Source: Octopus sinensis
Lineage: Eukaryota
DNA: 64,000 nucleotides
NCBI RefSeq assembly: GCF_006345805.1
Contig: NC_042998.1
Span: 180,110,001 to 180,174,000, forward strand
Direction: 5' to 3'
Shown: piece after piece, positions 1 through 13,117 of the stretch
Position numbering within the stretch: position 1 is the stretch's first letter
Layout of the letters: every line of letters starts with the position of its first letter
Translations under genes and position numbers: made by a program
The notes under the pieces: model-generated
What the model was told of the DNA's origin: nothing
What the model saw: only the letters and a program-made list of their open reading frames with translations
The model's database searches: none

Positions 1-1000
1 TGGTGTTGGTGTTGGTGTTGGTGTTGGTGTTAGCGTTGCTGCTGGTGCTGATGATGATAACGGTGGTGGTGGCAATGATGTTAATGATGGAGAAGAGGAG
101 GTGGAGAAGGGTGGTGGTGGTGATGATTATGCTGATGCTGATAATGATAGTAGTGGTGGTGGTAGTAGTGGTGATGGTGGTGATAGTGATGATGATGGTG
201 GTGGTGGTGGTGGTGGTGGTGGTAGTGGTGGGTGGTGTTTTTGGCGGTGGTGGTGTTGGTGTTAGCGTTGCTGCTGATGCTGATGATGGTAACGGTGGTG
301 GTGGCGGCGGCAATGATGTTAATGATGACGAAGAGGAGGAAGAGGAGGATGGTGGTGGTGGTGGTGGTGGTGGTGGTGGTGGTGGTAGTGGTTGCACTAA
401 TTGTTGTATGGAAGGTAGTGATGGCAAGCGTAAGCGGAAGAAAAAGATGGCTGTCGGTGGTGTGTTGGTCTAACTATTTGGTGATGTCGGTCGGTTGTGA
501 CTACGTTGATGGCTATGACGGTGGGTACGAGACGAGTGAGGATCGTGGCATTTAAGTAGCATTCTGAGTGCACATTTAAATGGACTGAGTATATTCGGTG
601 ACGCTGTCGATCATGGTTGTAATGATAAGCGGTGCCGCTGGGGTAACATTTTGTAGAAACGGTTATGGAACTGTTTAGTGTCTGTTGCTGGTAATGGGGT
701 ATATAGGTGGCTGCGATAGTTTTTAGTGATTACTTTGGGAAGATTCGGTGGTGGTGGTGGTGGGGGTGGGATAGTGGGGGTGGGGGTGATGGTGGTGGTG
801 GCGATGGTGGTGGTGATGGTGGTGGTGGTGGTGGTGATGATGGTGGTGGTGGGGAAAGTGGTGGTGGTGGTGGTGGTGATGATGGTGGTGGTGGTGATGA
901 TGGTGGTGGGGAAAGTGGTGGTGGTGGTGGTGGTGGTGGTGGTGGTGATGGCGGTGGTGGAGGTGGAAGTGGTGGTGGTGATGGTGATGGAAGGAAGAGA
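1..1000. repeat. (GGT/GAT)n-rich degenerate trinucleotide low-complexity region (1-470 and ~720-1000)
   Basis: Runs of ggt/gat/gtg; explains the poly-V/G/H/T ORFs in the track. Confidence 0.95.
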
Positions 1001-1189
1001 CAATATCGCTAATGTCTTCCCCAGTCAATGTTGGGGGGAAACATTCCCGGAAGATGCGATGCTACCTTGACAACACTGTCCACTTTGATAGACTTTAAAG
1101 ATGTCGCCGTCGTTATTAATGAAGGTGACTGGCTTCTCCTCAGTGACACAATTGGCAGAGAGGAGAGAAAAGGAAAGAAAGAAAGAGAG

Positions 1190-1241
<52 letters not shown>

Positions 1242-1895
1242 TGAGTGAGTGAATGAGTGAGAGAAAGAGTGAGTGAGTGTGCAGATAAGAAACTCCATTT
1301 ACATGAGATAGACAGTCAACAATGACAAATGGCGTCGTGACCGTCAAACCAAGTGAAAAATGCCTCGGGAAACTCAAATTCGAATAAATCTAATGTGTAA
1401 ATTAGAACAGTTTGATTGAGAAAACCAGATTTTATTTAATCACGACCATTGCTTTCTAATAAATTATCCGTTCCTTTTACATGTTTATGGCTCACAAATA
1501 TAACTGTCGGATTGGACTTTAAGCTGTGTTAGAACCAGGATCTTGTTTATAGTGTGCGGTTTATAGTCACTCGTCCGACACTAGCGAGAAATAATGTCAC
1601 AGTATTACGCTCACAAACAAGTGCATATACAAACATACACACGAAAACATATACACGCGTGCTCTTCGCTCTCATGTATGCACATCTCTATATATATGCA
1701 TGTATTTGGTGTGTTAGTATATAAATGAATTATAAATGAATTTGCTAAGAACAATGTTATAAATAATATTAAACGGTAGATTTCGTAAACAACCAAGGAG
1801 GGAACTCCCTACGAGCTCACTAGGCATTCAAGAAATAGCAATCAGGTCTGTTTCAAAGAAGCCTATTATCTTAACATATGCAGTGTTTAAATAAG

Positions 1896-2311
1896 GGCAG
1901 TGAGCAGGCAGAATCGTTGGCACACCGGGTAAAATGCTTAGCAGTATTTCGTCTGCCCTTAGGTTCTGAGTTCAAATTCCGCCGAGGTCGACTTTGTCTT
2001 TCATCCTTTCGGGGTCGATTAAATAAGTACCAGTTACGCACTGGGATCGATGTAATCGACTTAATCTATTTGACTGTCCTTGTTTGTCCCCTCTGTGTTT
2101 AGCCCCTTGTGGGTAGTAAAGAAATAGGTATTTCGTCTGCCGTTACGTTCTGAGTTCAAATTCTGCTGAGGTCGATTTTGTCTTTCATCCTTTTGGGGGT
2201 CGATTAAATAAGTACCAGTTACGCACTGGGTTTGATGTAATCGACTTAATCCCTTTGACTGTCCATGTTTGTCCCCTCTATATGTAGTCCCTTGTGGACA
2301 GTAAAGAAATA
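1896..2311 (+). mobile_element. tRNA-like SINE family A (tail ...ccccttgtgggtagtaaagaaata), head-to-tail dimer: full unit 1896-2126 plus 5'-truncated unit 2127-2311
   Basis: Head ggc(g)gcgagctggcagaatcgttagc, B-box-like gttctgagttcaaattcc and central cctttcatcctttcggggtcgat; matches many other copies in the window. Confidence 0.9.
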
Positions 2312-2551
2312 AATATGCATAGTTAATATTATCTTCTTCAGATTTTAACAAAATATTAATCTTGACTAAGCATCGAATACATTGCAATAGCGAGAATTAA
2401 CCTCAAATAAAGTGTATAACTTACGTATTAGAAGATAATATATTATGAGTGAATCTGAAGGAATGAGCCCATGAAAACAGTATTCTGGGGGCAAAGAACT
2501 ATTGGTAAACTGTTCATGTATAAATATATCACACTATATATATATATCACA

Positions 2552-2746
2552 TGGCCAGCAGTTTCGAGGGAAGGGATATGTCAATTACATCGAGCCCAGT
2601 TCTCAACCGGTACTTAATTTATCGACCCCTAAGTATTAAAAGCAAAGCGGACTCCGGTAGGATTTGAACTCGCAACGTGATGACGGAAGAAATGCCGCTA
2701 AGCATTTTTTTTTCTGGCGCGGCAACGATTCTGTCAGCTCGCGGCC
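2552..2746 (-). mobile_element. Older short-tail SINE related to family A
   Basis: Reverse complement of the same head and central domain (atcgacccc...ggatttgaactc...ctgtcagctcgc). Confidence 0.75.
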
Positions 2747-3461
2747 TTATATATATTTATATATTGTAAACAAACCTATAAGAGCCTAGTAAGTGGGTAT
2801 TTATGTGGAAGTAACTTAGAAAATTGGACAAATACTTTTTAGGATATGGGAAAAAAAGGAGTCAGCAATCCTCTACAGTGAATCGAACCCTGCATCTCAC
2901 AAATTAAGAAAAGAGACAATTGACAACAAATACCGTCCCATGGCGCTTATAAGTTTGTTTATAAAATGTTCTCAGTTTCCAAAAAAGGCTATTATTTAGC
3001 ATTATAAAAAATGACATTTTTCTGTTAGGGGATCTCTTACCTTAATGGTACAAATCGTTCAACCGGGATTTGGAAGGCACTATGTTCGACTCTCCGCAGA
3101 GGCTTGCTGGCCACTTTTCCCCCGTGTGTATATTTATATATATATTTTTTTTTGGCGCTCCTTTTTCTACGTTATAGACTGACTACAGTATATCTGTGTC
3201 ATTTTATACAGAGCATTATAAAGAACAGTACTTTAACGTGGTTTGGCTATCGGAAATCTTGCATTTTGACACATTATTAAGTACACACACAGGCATATAT
3301 ATAGCTATTGTATATTCTGTTAAGAACGTAGGAGAGTACAGTATAAAGCTCGTCCACCTTCAGATTTAACTTGTGCTAACCCGAAGTAGTATTATACGTA
3401 CCTCCAGGTCTGCGTTTGGGAATCAGTCGTGTGTGAATGTATATTTTTAAAAAATGGAGTC

Positions 3462-3804
3462 AACAAGAAGGGGTACGGTTGGACATTTATTTCTTAATCA
3501 CTACAATTGTTTCCACGCAACGTACTTCTCCAGGAGTGCAGGTCCTTGATTATGACTACTACTAAAATTAGTAGTAGTGACTACTAATAAATTCAGGTCA
3601 CGTCAGACAAAGGGGATGTTCTTGAAGCAGAGGATTTTAAACTTACGGAAACAATATTTACATATTGCCTGAGGAAACACAACTAGATCTCATAATGCAG
3701 AGAAACAGTTGCATAATGAATAACCTTCACTCCCGGAAAACTACGTTGCGTGGAAACAATTGTAGTTGTTAAAAAATAAATGTCTAACCGTCCCCCTTCT
3801 TTTT
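3462..3804 (+). mobile_element. Inverted-repeat mini element, probably PLE terminal-repeat derived; arms 3462-3543 and 3723-3804
   Basis: About 80 bp imperfect inverted arms; decayed ctgagga...gaaac motif at 3669-3706; abuts (TA)n. Confidence 0.65.
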
Positions 3805-3835
3805 CAATTATATATATATATATATAATATATTAT

Positions 3836-3869
<34 letters not shown>

Positions 3870-3877
3870 CATATATA

Positions 3878-3995
3878 TGGCCTGCTCGCTTAGCCAGCAG
3901 GGTGGCGTCATTCGAAGGCTAAAACAATGCGAACGCATTGTGACCAGCGATGTGTGACTACATCTGATGGACTGGTTGGTCACGTGATCACGTGA
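3878..3995 (+). mobile_element. 3' fragment of the tRNA-SINE seen full length at 24349-24638
   Basis: ggcctgctcgcttagccagc...gatgtgt...acatctgat is the reverse complement of 24349-24452. Confidence 0.85.
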
Positions 3996-4006
3996 CATAT
4001 ATATAT

Positions 4007-4052
<46 letters not shown>

Positions 4053-4251
4053 GAGGTGTGTTCTGTTAAGAACCTATTCGAATGCAAATAGAGCTCGTTC
4101 ACCCTTATTATACAAGTAAATCGTTACCTAATTTAATTTAAAATTAAATCTTGTATGTACATAGATCTATATGCTTCGAAACATTTTTAGTGACATTTAA
4201 AATGCTGCCTAACCGTACTTACGCTTCCTTTTGACTCTTTTACTCTTTACT

Positions 4252-4305
<54 letters not shown>

Positions 4306-4335
4306 TATATATATATAATATATATATATATATTA

Positions 4336-4373
<38 letters not shown>

Positions 4374-4431
4374 GATATATATATTAATATATTATATATA
4401 TATATATATAATATATATATATAATATATAT

Positions 4432-4716
4432 ATTGGTAAAACGGTAAGATAACAAAAGAAAGAAAGAAAACCTCAACATTATGTAAATAGAGGAAATTTA
4501 TCTATAAAATAATATGTTACATTACTCGATAGTCAAGATAAAACTCTGAGTTTCAGATGCCGAAGTGGAAATCCACAACACCATCTCTTCGGTTATCTGG
4601 CTATTTGAAAACGCGTTTTCAAATAGCCAGATAACCGAAGAGATGGTGTTGTGGATTCCCACTTCGGCATCTGAAACTCAGAGTTTTATCTTGACTATCG
4701 AGTAATGTAACATATT

Positions 4717-4719
<3 letters not shown>
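4432..4719 (-). mobile_element. (TA)n-associated mini-PLE-like element with a 212 bp fold-back palindrome (4508-4719)
   Basis: Palindrome centred on aaaacg|cgtttt (4613/4614), no spacer, one mismatch seen; non-palindromic relative at 12923-13098. Confidence 0.85.
4630..4690 (+). ncRNA. Type I hammerhead-ribozyme-like motif (mirror copy 4537-4597, -)
   Basis: gataa|CCGAAGA|gatg..catct|GAAA|c-tc-a-ga-g|TT|ttatc: stem I gataa/ttatc, core with U4>C, stem III ctc-a-gag, GUU triplet. Confidence 0.7.
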
Positions 4720-4759
<40 letters not shown>

Positions 4760-4790
4760 TTTATTTTAAGCAGCAGAAAATTCAACAAAT

Positions 4791-4828
4791 CTGTTACTCT
4801 GAGTTTCTCGTTGCCGTTCATCAGACAG
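4791..4828 (-). ncRNA. Minimal type I hammerhead-like motif
   Basis: Minus strand: ctgt|CTGATGA|acg-gcaa-cga|GAAA|ctc-a-gag|TA|acag; GUA triplet, stem I ctgt/acag. Confidence 0.75.
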
Positions 4829-4844
4829 TTTTTGCTAGAAAAAA

Positions 4845-4882
4845 CTGTCTGATGAACGGCAACGCGAAACTCAGAGCAACAG
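4845..4882 (+). ncRNA. Minimal type I hammerhead-like motif (U16.1>C, likely inactive)
   Basis: ctgt|CTGATGA|acg-gcaa-cgc|GAAA|ctc-a-gag|CA|acag. Confidence 0.7.
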
Positions 4883-4983
4883 ATTTTGTTGATTTCTGCT
4901 GGTTAAAATAAAGCATATTACTCTACCACTGGTATTTGAGTACTCTTTTTTCCACCTTGTTTCACATTTATGTGTTACTCCGG

Positions 4984-5033
<50 letters not shown>

Positions 5034-6297
5034 TACATCATAACCAAGTTTTGGTATGGTTCATTGTGGATGCAAAAAAAATATCAATGCAATAGGAATC
5101 AACACCAAGCACAGGAGCACACATGTTCCTGAGCCATCTTTCGATAGTGAAGAAATTCATTGACGCTATAGTTTAATTATAAAAAAAGGGAGTTTTGTTT
5201 CTTTGAGTTAGCGGGGCAAGTCACCCCGAATGGGTACAGAGCAAGAAGAGGCTAAAATATGAAGAGTTTAACGAATTGTGCGGGGCACGAGTATTATTCC
5301 AGGTACAAATATACAACATCCTACGTCTACTTCCACGAGGTTGTAGGTCTGCTTCAGAACCCAGAATGTTCTACTTAGCTGACATTAGATTTAGGAATAC
5401 TAACAAAGGTGTGATTCACGAACTTGAGAGGTATTGTAAGAAACAGTGCAAAAAAGAAAGCCTCAGCAAGCAGTAAAATGAAATACTTGCTGCATGAATG
5501 GAGTGTTTAAGATGAATACAGCTTAGTATGGTGTATGTATGACCAATGGAGAAAAAAAGCATAATGGAACATGACCGAAAAACATAGAGGTTCTTTTGTA
5601 GCATCAATGCTGATTGCCATCGCTGAAGAGAGTGTTAGTCAGAATGTGCTGAAATCGTTATTATCCCTAGCAGACAGCTGATGAAGGAGATGTCACACAG
5701 GTGTATGTATAAAATATTATGTATTTGAGTCTCTATGCGTGAGCGTGCTTGTGTGTATAGCTATGTTCCTTGTCTCACATGTTATTCTGTGCAATATTTA
5801 TTCATAACTTAAACCAGTACTAAGCACCTCATATTCCTGTTTCAATTCGTCTCTCTAAAGTACCAGTCTTTCGAAAATATCAGAGTCGCCAGGAGTTTGT
5901 ACTTAGCGCAGCATAAGAATTATAACGCGATATTACCCAAGTCAAGCTTACATTATATGATACAAACATACATACATACATACACACATATATATGTGTG
6001 TGTGAGTGTGTGTGTATATAAATAGATAGATAGATAAGATAGATAGATAGATAGATACAGATATAGATATGTATGCATGTATATTATTACTTCCTAAAAA
6101 AAGTATAACTCCAATTTATAGACATCACCCATTCATCGAAAATACTTAGTCCTAAAGTGATCCTAATAATCAATAGTTAGTGTATATTTATTTTCTGGAA
6201 ATGAGGCCAAACTTAAAAAATAACAGAGCTTAACACAGGAATCGAACCACAATCACACACACACACACATACACACACACACACACACACACAAACA

Positions 6298-6343
<46 letters not shown>

Positions 6344-6410
6344 AGGCATGCACACGCACACACAAATAAACACACAGAGACACATACAAACACACAATCA
6401 CACACTGAGT

Positions 6411-6452
<42 letters not shown>

Positions 6453-7091
6453 GCAGACAGACAGGCAGGCAGACTGGCAGACTGGCAGACAGACAGACAG
6501 GCAGATAGATAGCTTATGTGTATGTTATGTGTTAACGTTTGCGGATGTTTCCTATAAACCCGGTTAACTGTCTTTGTATGAATGTATTTGATCTTTTATA
6601 TTCGTTCGGCTTACAAAATAGCTCTGGATTCTGTATTTGTTTGTTTTTGTGTATATAGCTTTGTGTTATGTGAAATGTGTGTATGATTAGTGATTGTATG
6701 CTTCTTTTAAGATGTGGTGAGCCAAAAAACAAAAAATAAAAGGCAAAAAACAAACTGGTGATACAAAAATCTACACTTTGCTATTCTGTGTCTTCACCTT
6801 GTATAAGTGATTATGTTATATAATAGTCAATTAAAGTTCCCATTCACTTAGACAGAGGTTAGCACCGTGTCGGGTGGATGACTTTCGGAAACTGTTCCGG
6901 CTCCTCGCTTTCTGACAGCAACGCCTGAAACGGCGCCTGTGCCAATCTTTGTATTGTTAATTGGTTAAAATTACGTTTCTGCGATCTAATTGCTATCTGT
7001 TTCTCTCTCTCTCTTTCCCTCTACCTGTCTCCTCTACCCGCCTCTCTCTCTATATGTGTTTCCTGTATGTATATGTATATACATACACACA

Positions 7092-7179
<88 letters not shown>

Positions 7180-7191
7180 GTATACGTATCG

Positions 7192-7520
7192 ATCAGTGGT
7201 TAAAGCGCCGAGCTTACGGTCGTGAGGTTGAGAGTTGTAATCCCGGACTGGGCTGCTTGTTGTGTTCTTGAGCATGACACTATTTCAAATGACTTTGGAT
7301 GTCACTGGTGCCAAGCTGCATTGGCCTTTGCCTTTCCCTTGGATAACATCAGTGGCGTGGAGAGGAGAGGCTGGTATGCATGGGCGACTGCTGGTCTTCC
7401 ATAAAACAACGCTGTGTTGTGCGTTCGCCTGTGAAGTGACTTTCCGCCTAGACTTGTACCCCGAAGGGGAACCTCTTAGGTGTACCCACCCATGGTCATT
7501 CGTGACCGACGGAGTCGTGT
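7192..7520 (+). mobile_element. tRNA-derived SINE family C
   Basis: A box cagtggttaaagcg, B-box-like gttgtaatccc; shares its body with 35067-35410. Confidence 0.85.
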
Positions 7521-7526
7521 TCTAGT

Positions 7527-7581
<55 letters not shown>

Positions 7582-7713
7582 TGTGTGTGCGTGCATGCAT
7601 ATCTATATCAATCTATCTATCTGTCGATCTCTCTCTATATATATATATCATAAATACAATATAATATATTATGTAATGTAATACACACACACACACATAC
7701 ATACATACATACA

Positions 7714-7761
<48 letters not shown>

Positions 7762-8773
7762 TTGATGTAATATATATATATATATGTATTCCTAACTTTA
7801 CTTGGATAACATTCTTAGATGTAGAGGAGAGGATTTATTTCGTTCGTGTGAAATTTCTTATGCTACACACACACACACAAATTGCTTTAGTTTGCAAATT
7901 TAACAGGAACTTTCTAGGTGCAAATACTAGGATTTCAGTCTCAAGGCACTGCTCAACCCAAAAGCTATTGTACATTAGATTTACTTAACGTGCTGTGGAA
8001 GTGGACCGCAGTTGGAATCCTGTGGGTGGGAAGTAAAGTTTCCGGTTTCACGAAATTAAAACTGAAATGAATTAACTTTAAAACTTTAATCGGGAATCTA
8101 AATTGGATAACTCGCTAAAGCCCACTGGCGGTTCGCAACTATTCTGCCGCACGCGCCACACAAATGGAAATATCAGTAATTTTTTAACCTGAGTGTACAA
8201 GGGTCAATAATTTACAAATTAGAGATGTTTTGTTATTCATCGGTTTTCTTCTGAAAAAGTAATTTTAAACATGAATGCAGTGAAATTGTTTGAACTAAGA
8301 AAATACATATGGTTATGGGTTGAGCTTTTGAGGTTCTCCCTATATATCTATAATACTCACCACAAAGAAATGTATGTGTTTATGTTGTGAATGCTTTTGT
8401 CAGAGGAGGACCGATAACGATGTGAGGCGACTGGACGCAGCAGTTTGGACGGTGGTCATTTGGCCTGGCTGACTGGACATTCAGCCTGTTCTGTCATTGG
8501 AGTCAAACATACACATACACGCTCGCTTGCAGTAATATATAGACAAATGGATAGAAAGAGAGAGGGAGAGAGAAAGTGAGAGAGAAAGAAAGAAAGGACG
8601 GAAGGAAGGAAGAAAAAAGAAAAAGAAAGAAAGCAAGAAAGAGCAAGGTGAGACATTACAATTTATTAACAGAACACGAGTGACGTAAACACTTTTCTTC
8701 TCATGCACATACAGAATTATGCTCACGCAATCAGGCACGCAAACATAAGGAGACGGAGAAAAGACAGACAGAC

Positions 8774-8774
<1 letters not shown>

Positions 8775-8857
<83 letters not shown>

Positions 8858-8905
8858 GGATAGATAAATAGATAGATAGATAGATGGATAGATAAATAGA
8901 TAGAC

Positions 8906-8980
<75 letters not shown>
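8775..8980. repeat. (GATA)n microsatellite
   Basis: Direct inspection. Confidence 0.97.
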
Positions 8981-10751
8981 CAGGTAGGTAGGTTTAGTCG
9001 ATAACATCGCGCCCTTTGCTCAACTGGTACTTTATTTTATCGATCGCAAAAAGATGAAAGGCAGAGTCAACCGAAGCAAAATATAAACTCGGAAAGTAAA
9101 GCCAGAAGAAATACAAGGTCTTTAATATTTAGGATCCAATAAGTGTGGTCGCTCGAATTGCTAAAAAGAGAAGGCAAATCTCTCTGAAATTATATGCTAT
9201 CGTCTTAAAAATAATATTAATAAAAAAAAAGGATATATGAACATAATGTAGATAGCAACTATATATGTAAAGACTGGTTGGTCATAGAGAAATACCTTTG
9301 GACATGGACTATTGGACCAGCATAGGGCTAGATAACAACATTTTTGATTTTCATTGAATAATCGTGTTGTTCATGTTTACAGAAAAAAGGAATAGTCAGG
9401 TGAAATGAATCAAGAATATTACTGGTACTAAATGTAGCGAATCTCCAAAGGCAAATGGCTGAATGAACTCCATCTGATTTCGATCTTAGTACATTGAGGG
9501 TAGAACGGTACTAGTGTAGGTTAGTTAGTTCCGACCCTGTTTAGTTTCTGCCATTTCACTGCCTTACATATATACAGAATATTAATGTTAAGTGATATTC
9601 AAAATTCAACAACGTCTTTGTGTTTATTTCCTGTAAACATACTTAATCTTGTTTGTGAACGAAACTCAAAGAGATAGAGACAGACAGACGGAGAGAGAGG
9701 GAGAGAGATGGAGAGAGAGAGAGAGAGAAGAGAGAAAAAATATCATCTATTTTAAGCTGAAGTGTTTGAATAAGAATTTTATCCCTAGGGCATTTAAACT
9801 GACTACAAATCTGTTGAATGGATTGTATATAGCATTATGGATTTGAAAAATCCCATGGCTAACATCGCATGGAGAAAGACAACAGCAGTTATCCACGCTT
9901 GAATTAGCTTTATGAAAATCTGACAACCACAATCTGTAAGGTCCAATCCAAGGAAGAGAATAATCTGGAAACATTTTCGCATGCATTCTTGATTCAAATG
10001 CATTTATTGCTAAGCGATAACCAAAATTCAATTCCTACATGAGCAATTATTGATCTTCTCAGAATTGACAGAGAAGTACTATTACTATTATTACTACTGC
10101 TAGTAGTAGTAGTAGTAGTAGTAGTAGGAGGAGGAGGAGGAGGAGGAGGAGGGGAAGAATCAAATAGAATTATATTTGCAGCCGGGATACATCATTTTGT
10201 TGCTTGCTGCATGAAGGAAATTCAATGGTGTTATGTATAAAAGGATAATATTGATAGCGATATTTAAAGTAGTAGTAGTAGTAGTAGTAGTAGTTGCTGT
10301 TACCGTTTATGTTATTGTTGCTGCTGATGATGATGATGATTATGAAGGTAGCTGTGTGTTGGTGAGGGGTTTGACGATGGTGGTTATGAATATGATCAAA
10401 TGATGATCATCACGACGACAACTGCAAAAGCGAAGATGTTAACATAACCTAATTGTAAAAAAAAACAATATAATTAGTAGAAGATATCAATTGAAAAATC
10501 CATGCCACCTAGCGCAGCACATCATAGCAGTAAATGTATTGATAAAATGATAAAAATGATTCAAATCTTTGTTTTTCTCATAGTTTAAATAAATCTGATG
10601 CTATTCCAAGCATGATCACAAACAATACAGTTTAATCGCTTTAAAAATTCTGAAGAACTAAATAACCTCCAACATGAAAATAAAGACAAAGAAAAACGAA
10701 ATTAAATGAACTTTATGACTTTATTGATTTCAAACCTATTCAGACATGTAT

Positions 10752-10784
<33 letters not shown>

Positions 10785-10786
10785 TC

Positions 10787-10875
<89 letters not shown>

Positions 10876-11519
10876 CGATGTCGGTCAGGATTGCAATCAC
10901 ACAACAAATGTTGTTTGGGTGATTAGGCTAAACGTACATACACTGTAACCAAAATAAACTTTATGAAAGTAATATTAAGTGTTATTCTCTGAGGATTCAA
11001 TGTAAACATTTATTTAATACAAACTTAATTCAAATTAATCTTATACAAACATTTATTGTAAATGCACTTAAATCAGCTTACAGCCTGCGAAATGCAACAA
11101 GGTCACACTTGTTTATGAGCGGAACAGCCATATTTTCTCTACCAAATGTTGAATGTAGAAATTGAAAACAAATAAATATTATTACATCAGAACTTTTTTT
11201 TATTCCTTTTCTGGTTCATCACTGGACTAGGGCGAACTTGAGGCACTCACCTTCCAGTATTCAAACGATAATATTTATCCCTGTATATATTTTAACCTGT
11301 TATTGTATTGTTTACTATTTGCCGAACGCAAAATTATAGGGCATACAAGGACAGTGCAAACAACAGTTTTTAGGCTAATGTGTGAGCATAAAGACACTCG
11401 TAATACATATTTATTTAGATACGTACATAAATCCAAATGCGCGCACTCGCGCACGCAGTTATCTCTCTTTTTATATATAAGTAAATGCATGCCATTGTAC
11501 TAGCCTGTTGTCTGTTTGT

Positions 11520-11730
11520 CTTTTATTTTTTACTTGTTTCTCTCATTAGACTGTGGTCATGCTGGGGCACCGCCTTGAAGAACATTTTAGTCGAATGAAT
11601 CTACCCCAGTACTTTTTAATCCAGGTACTTATTCTGACGGTCGCTTTTGCCGAACCGCTAAGTTATGGGGGCGTAAGCATACCAGCACTAGCTGTCAAGT
11701 GGTGGAGAGTGGGGCAAACACATACATACA
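11520..11730 (-). mobile_element. 3' half of tRNA-SINE family B
   Basis: Reverse complement of the gcggtgccccagcatg...gaaacaag tail and ttagcggttcggcaaaag body. Confidence 0.8.
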
Positions 11731-11732
11731 TA

Positions 11733-11775
<43 letters not shown>

Positions 11776-12188
11776 GATTAATCAGCCGAAATTGCGATGA
11801 TCCGGTTCTTGACTGATGATTGAGGGCTTCGAATGTCCCGTCCTGGTTTTTTGTGTCGTCTTCTAAATGTTTCACGTTCTTGTCCCAATTTGTATATATA
11901 ATCCAGTACCGAGTTGACCAGCATTTACTTGTTCTGACCCATTTGAGGTAAGACATTATTATTGTTCACTGATATTTTTTCCTATCTTGTCTGTAATAGA
12001 TTTGTGACTTTTCGGTGGTACAGAAGTATTTTTCGACTTCTATCATTAGCGATATAGGTACTCATGTAGTACCCTCGTGTATATATGTACATATCTAATA
12101 TTGTATATATATATTTTGTTAATTTGCCTGTACGGTAATAATTCGCTTACCACTTGTGATGGTATTTTAATAATACCATCCCTATATT

Positions 12189-12220
<32 letters not shown>

Positions 12221-12846
12221 TGTATGTATGTATGTATGTATGTATGTAGTATGTATGTACATAATAGGTAATATAGAAAAGATTCAAATCAAGCAGATGA
12301 CGATTAGAATGTCCCCACCATCAGGGAAAAATGCCTATTAATTTCCCTATATTATATTTTGAATTTATAAAAACCCCTTTTTTCTATATTCCATTATTAT
12401 GTTTATCTATATTCTGTTATTATTATGCTTACATATCTATTTATCTATATGTCATGTATGTTTTTAGTAATTTTAGTATTCATATATTTTTATATTTCTA
12501 TATTTTTATATTTCTAATATATCAATATGTTTCAGATTGGACAATTCTCATTTTATCCTAATTAAACCCATATATGTATGTGTTAATTGTAGTCTGCCTG
12601 CTTCGAATCTTTTCTGCTGTATCTGTTTTATTTGTCTAGCGCCTCGAGTTCGACTTGAGCACTTCTACGCTATGTTTTTCGAAAGAAAAAAATAATTATA
12701 TATATATATACATATATATACCTGGAAAAGGATGCGTGGCGTTCGATCATATAATAATACAAATAATGCATGTATATATACATATATATGTAGGTATGGA
12801 CATATATGTATGTATATATGCATATATTGATATATCATTTATATAT

Positions 12847-12922
<76 letters not shown>

Positions 12923-12925
<3 letters not shown>

Positions 12926-13098
12926 TGATAAAATAGTAAGACAACAAAAGAATAAAAGAGACCTCGATATTATGTAAATAGAGGAATTTATCTGTAAATG
13001 TAATAGGTGACAATTATTCGGTAGCCATGATAAATTTCCGAGTTTCGGATGCCGGGGTGGAAATCCACGACGCCATATCTTCAGTTATCGGGCTATCA
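12923..13098 (-). mobile_element. Single-arm copy of the 4432 mini-PLE family; hammerhead relic 13029-13089 (-)
   Basis: Aligns to 4432-4606; minus strand gataa|CTGAAGA...cc|GAAAC tcgga|AAT|ttatc (cleavage triplet mutated). Confidence 0.8.
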
Positions 13099-13117
13099 CA
13101 TATATATATATATATAT

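Larger units (their letters stand above)
4759..4985 (+). mobile_element. Second mini-PLE-like element with a 5' hairpin (arms 4759-4833 and 4839-4913, loop gctag)
   Basis: About 75 bp inverted arms; flanked by (TA)n on both sides. Confidence 0.85.

Noticed and set aside
3-1070. Long poly-Val/Gly/His/Thr ORFs
   Set aside because: All frames are open simply because (GGT/GAT)n lacks stops; no domain or splice support. The same applies to ORFs over (TA)n, (GA)n, (GATA)n, (TTC)n and (TAA)n elsewhere.
1066-1138. Possible minus-strand exon EKPVTFINNDGDIFKVYQSGQCCQ after a CT tract
   Set aside because: Non-consensus GAG acceptor, weak donor (gtagca), peptide not recognised and other frames equally open
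5190-5476. Open stretch HPEWVQSKKRLKYEEFNEL...YCKKQCKK
   Set aside because: No recognisable motif or splice sites; possibly an unidentified repeat relic
6850-6960. HDV-like ribozyme candidate (ggctcctcgc...agcaac...gccaat)
   Set aside because: Has several small hairpins, but P3 cannot close and P1/P2 are not in the nested double-pseudoknot order
11770-12060. Possible GIY-YIG/PLE relic and a ctgatga...gaatgtc motif
   Set aside because: Protein resemblance is too loose and the putative hammerhead has no stem I
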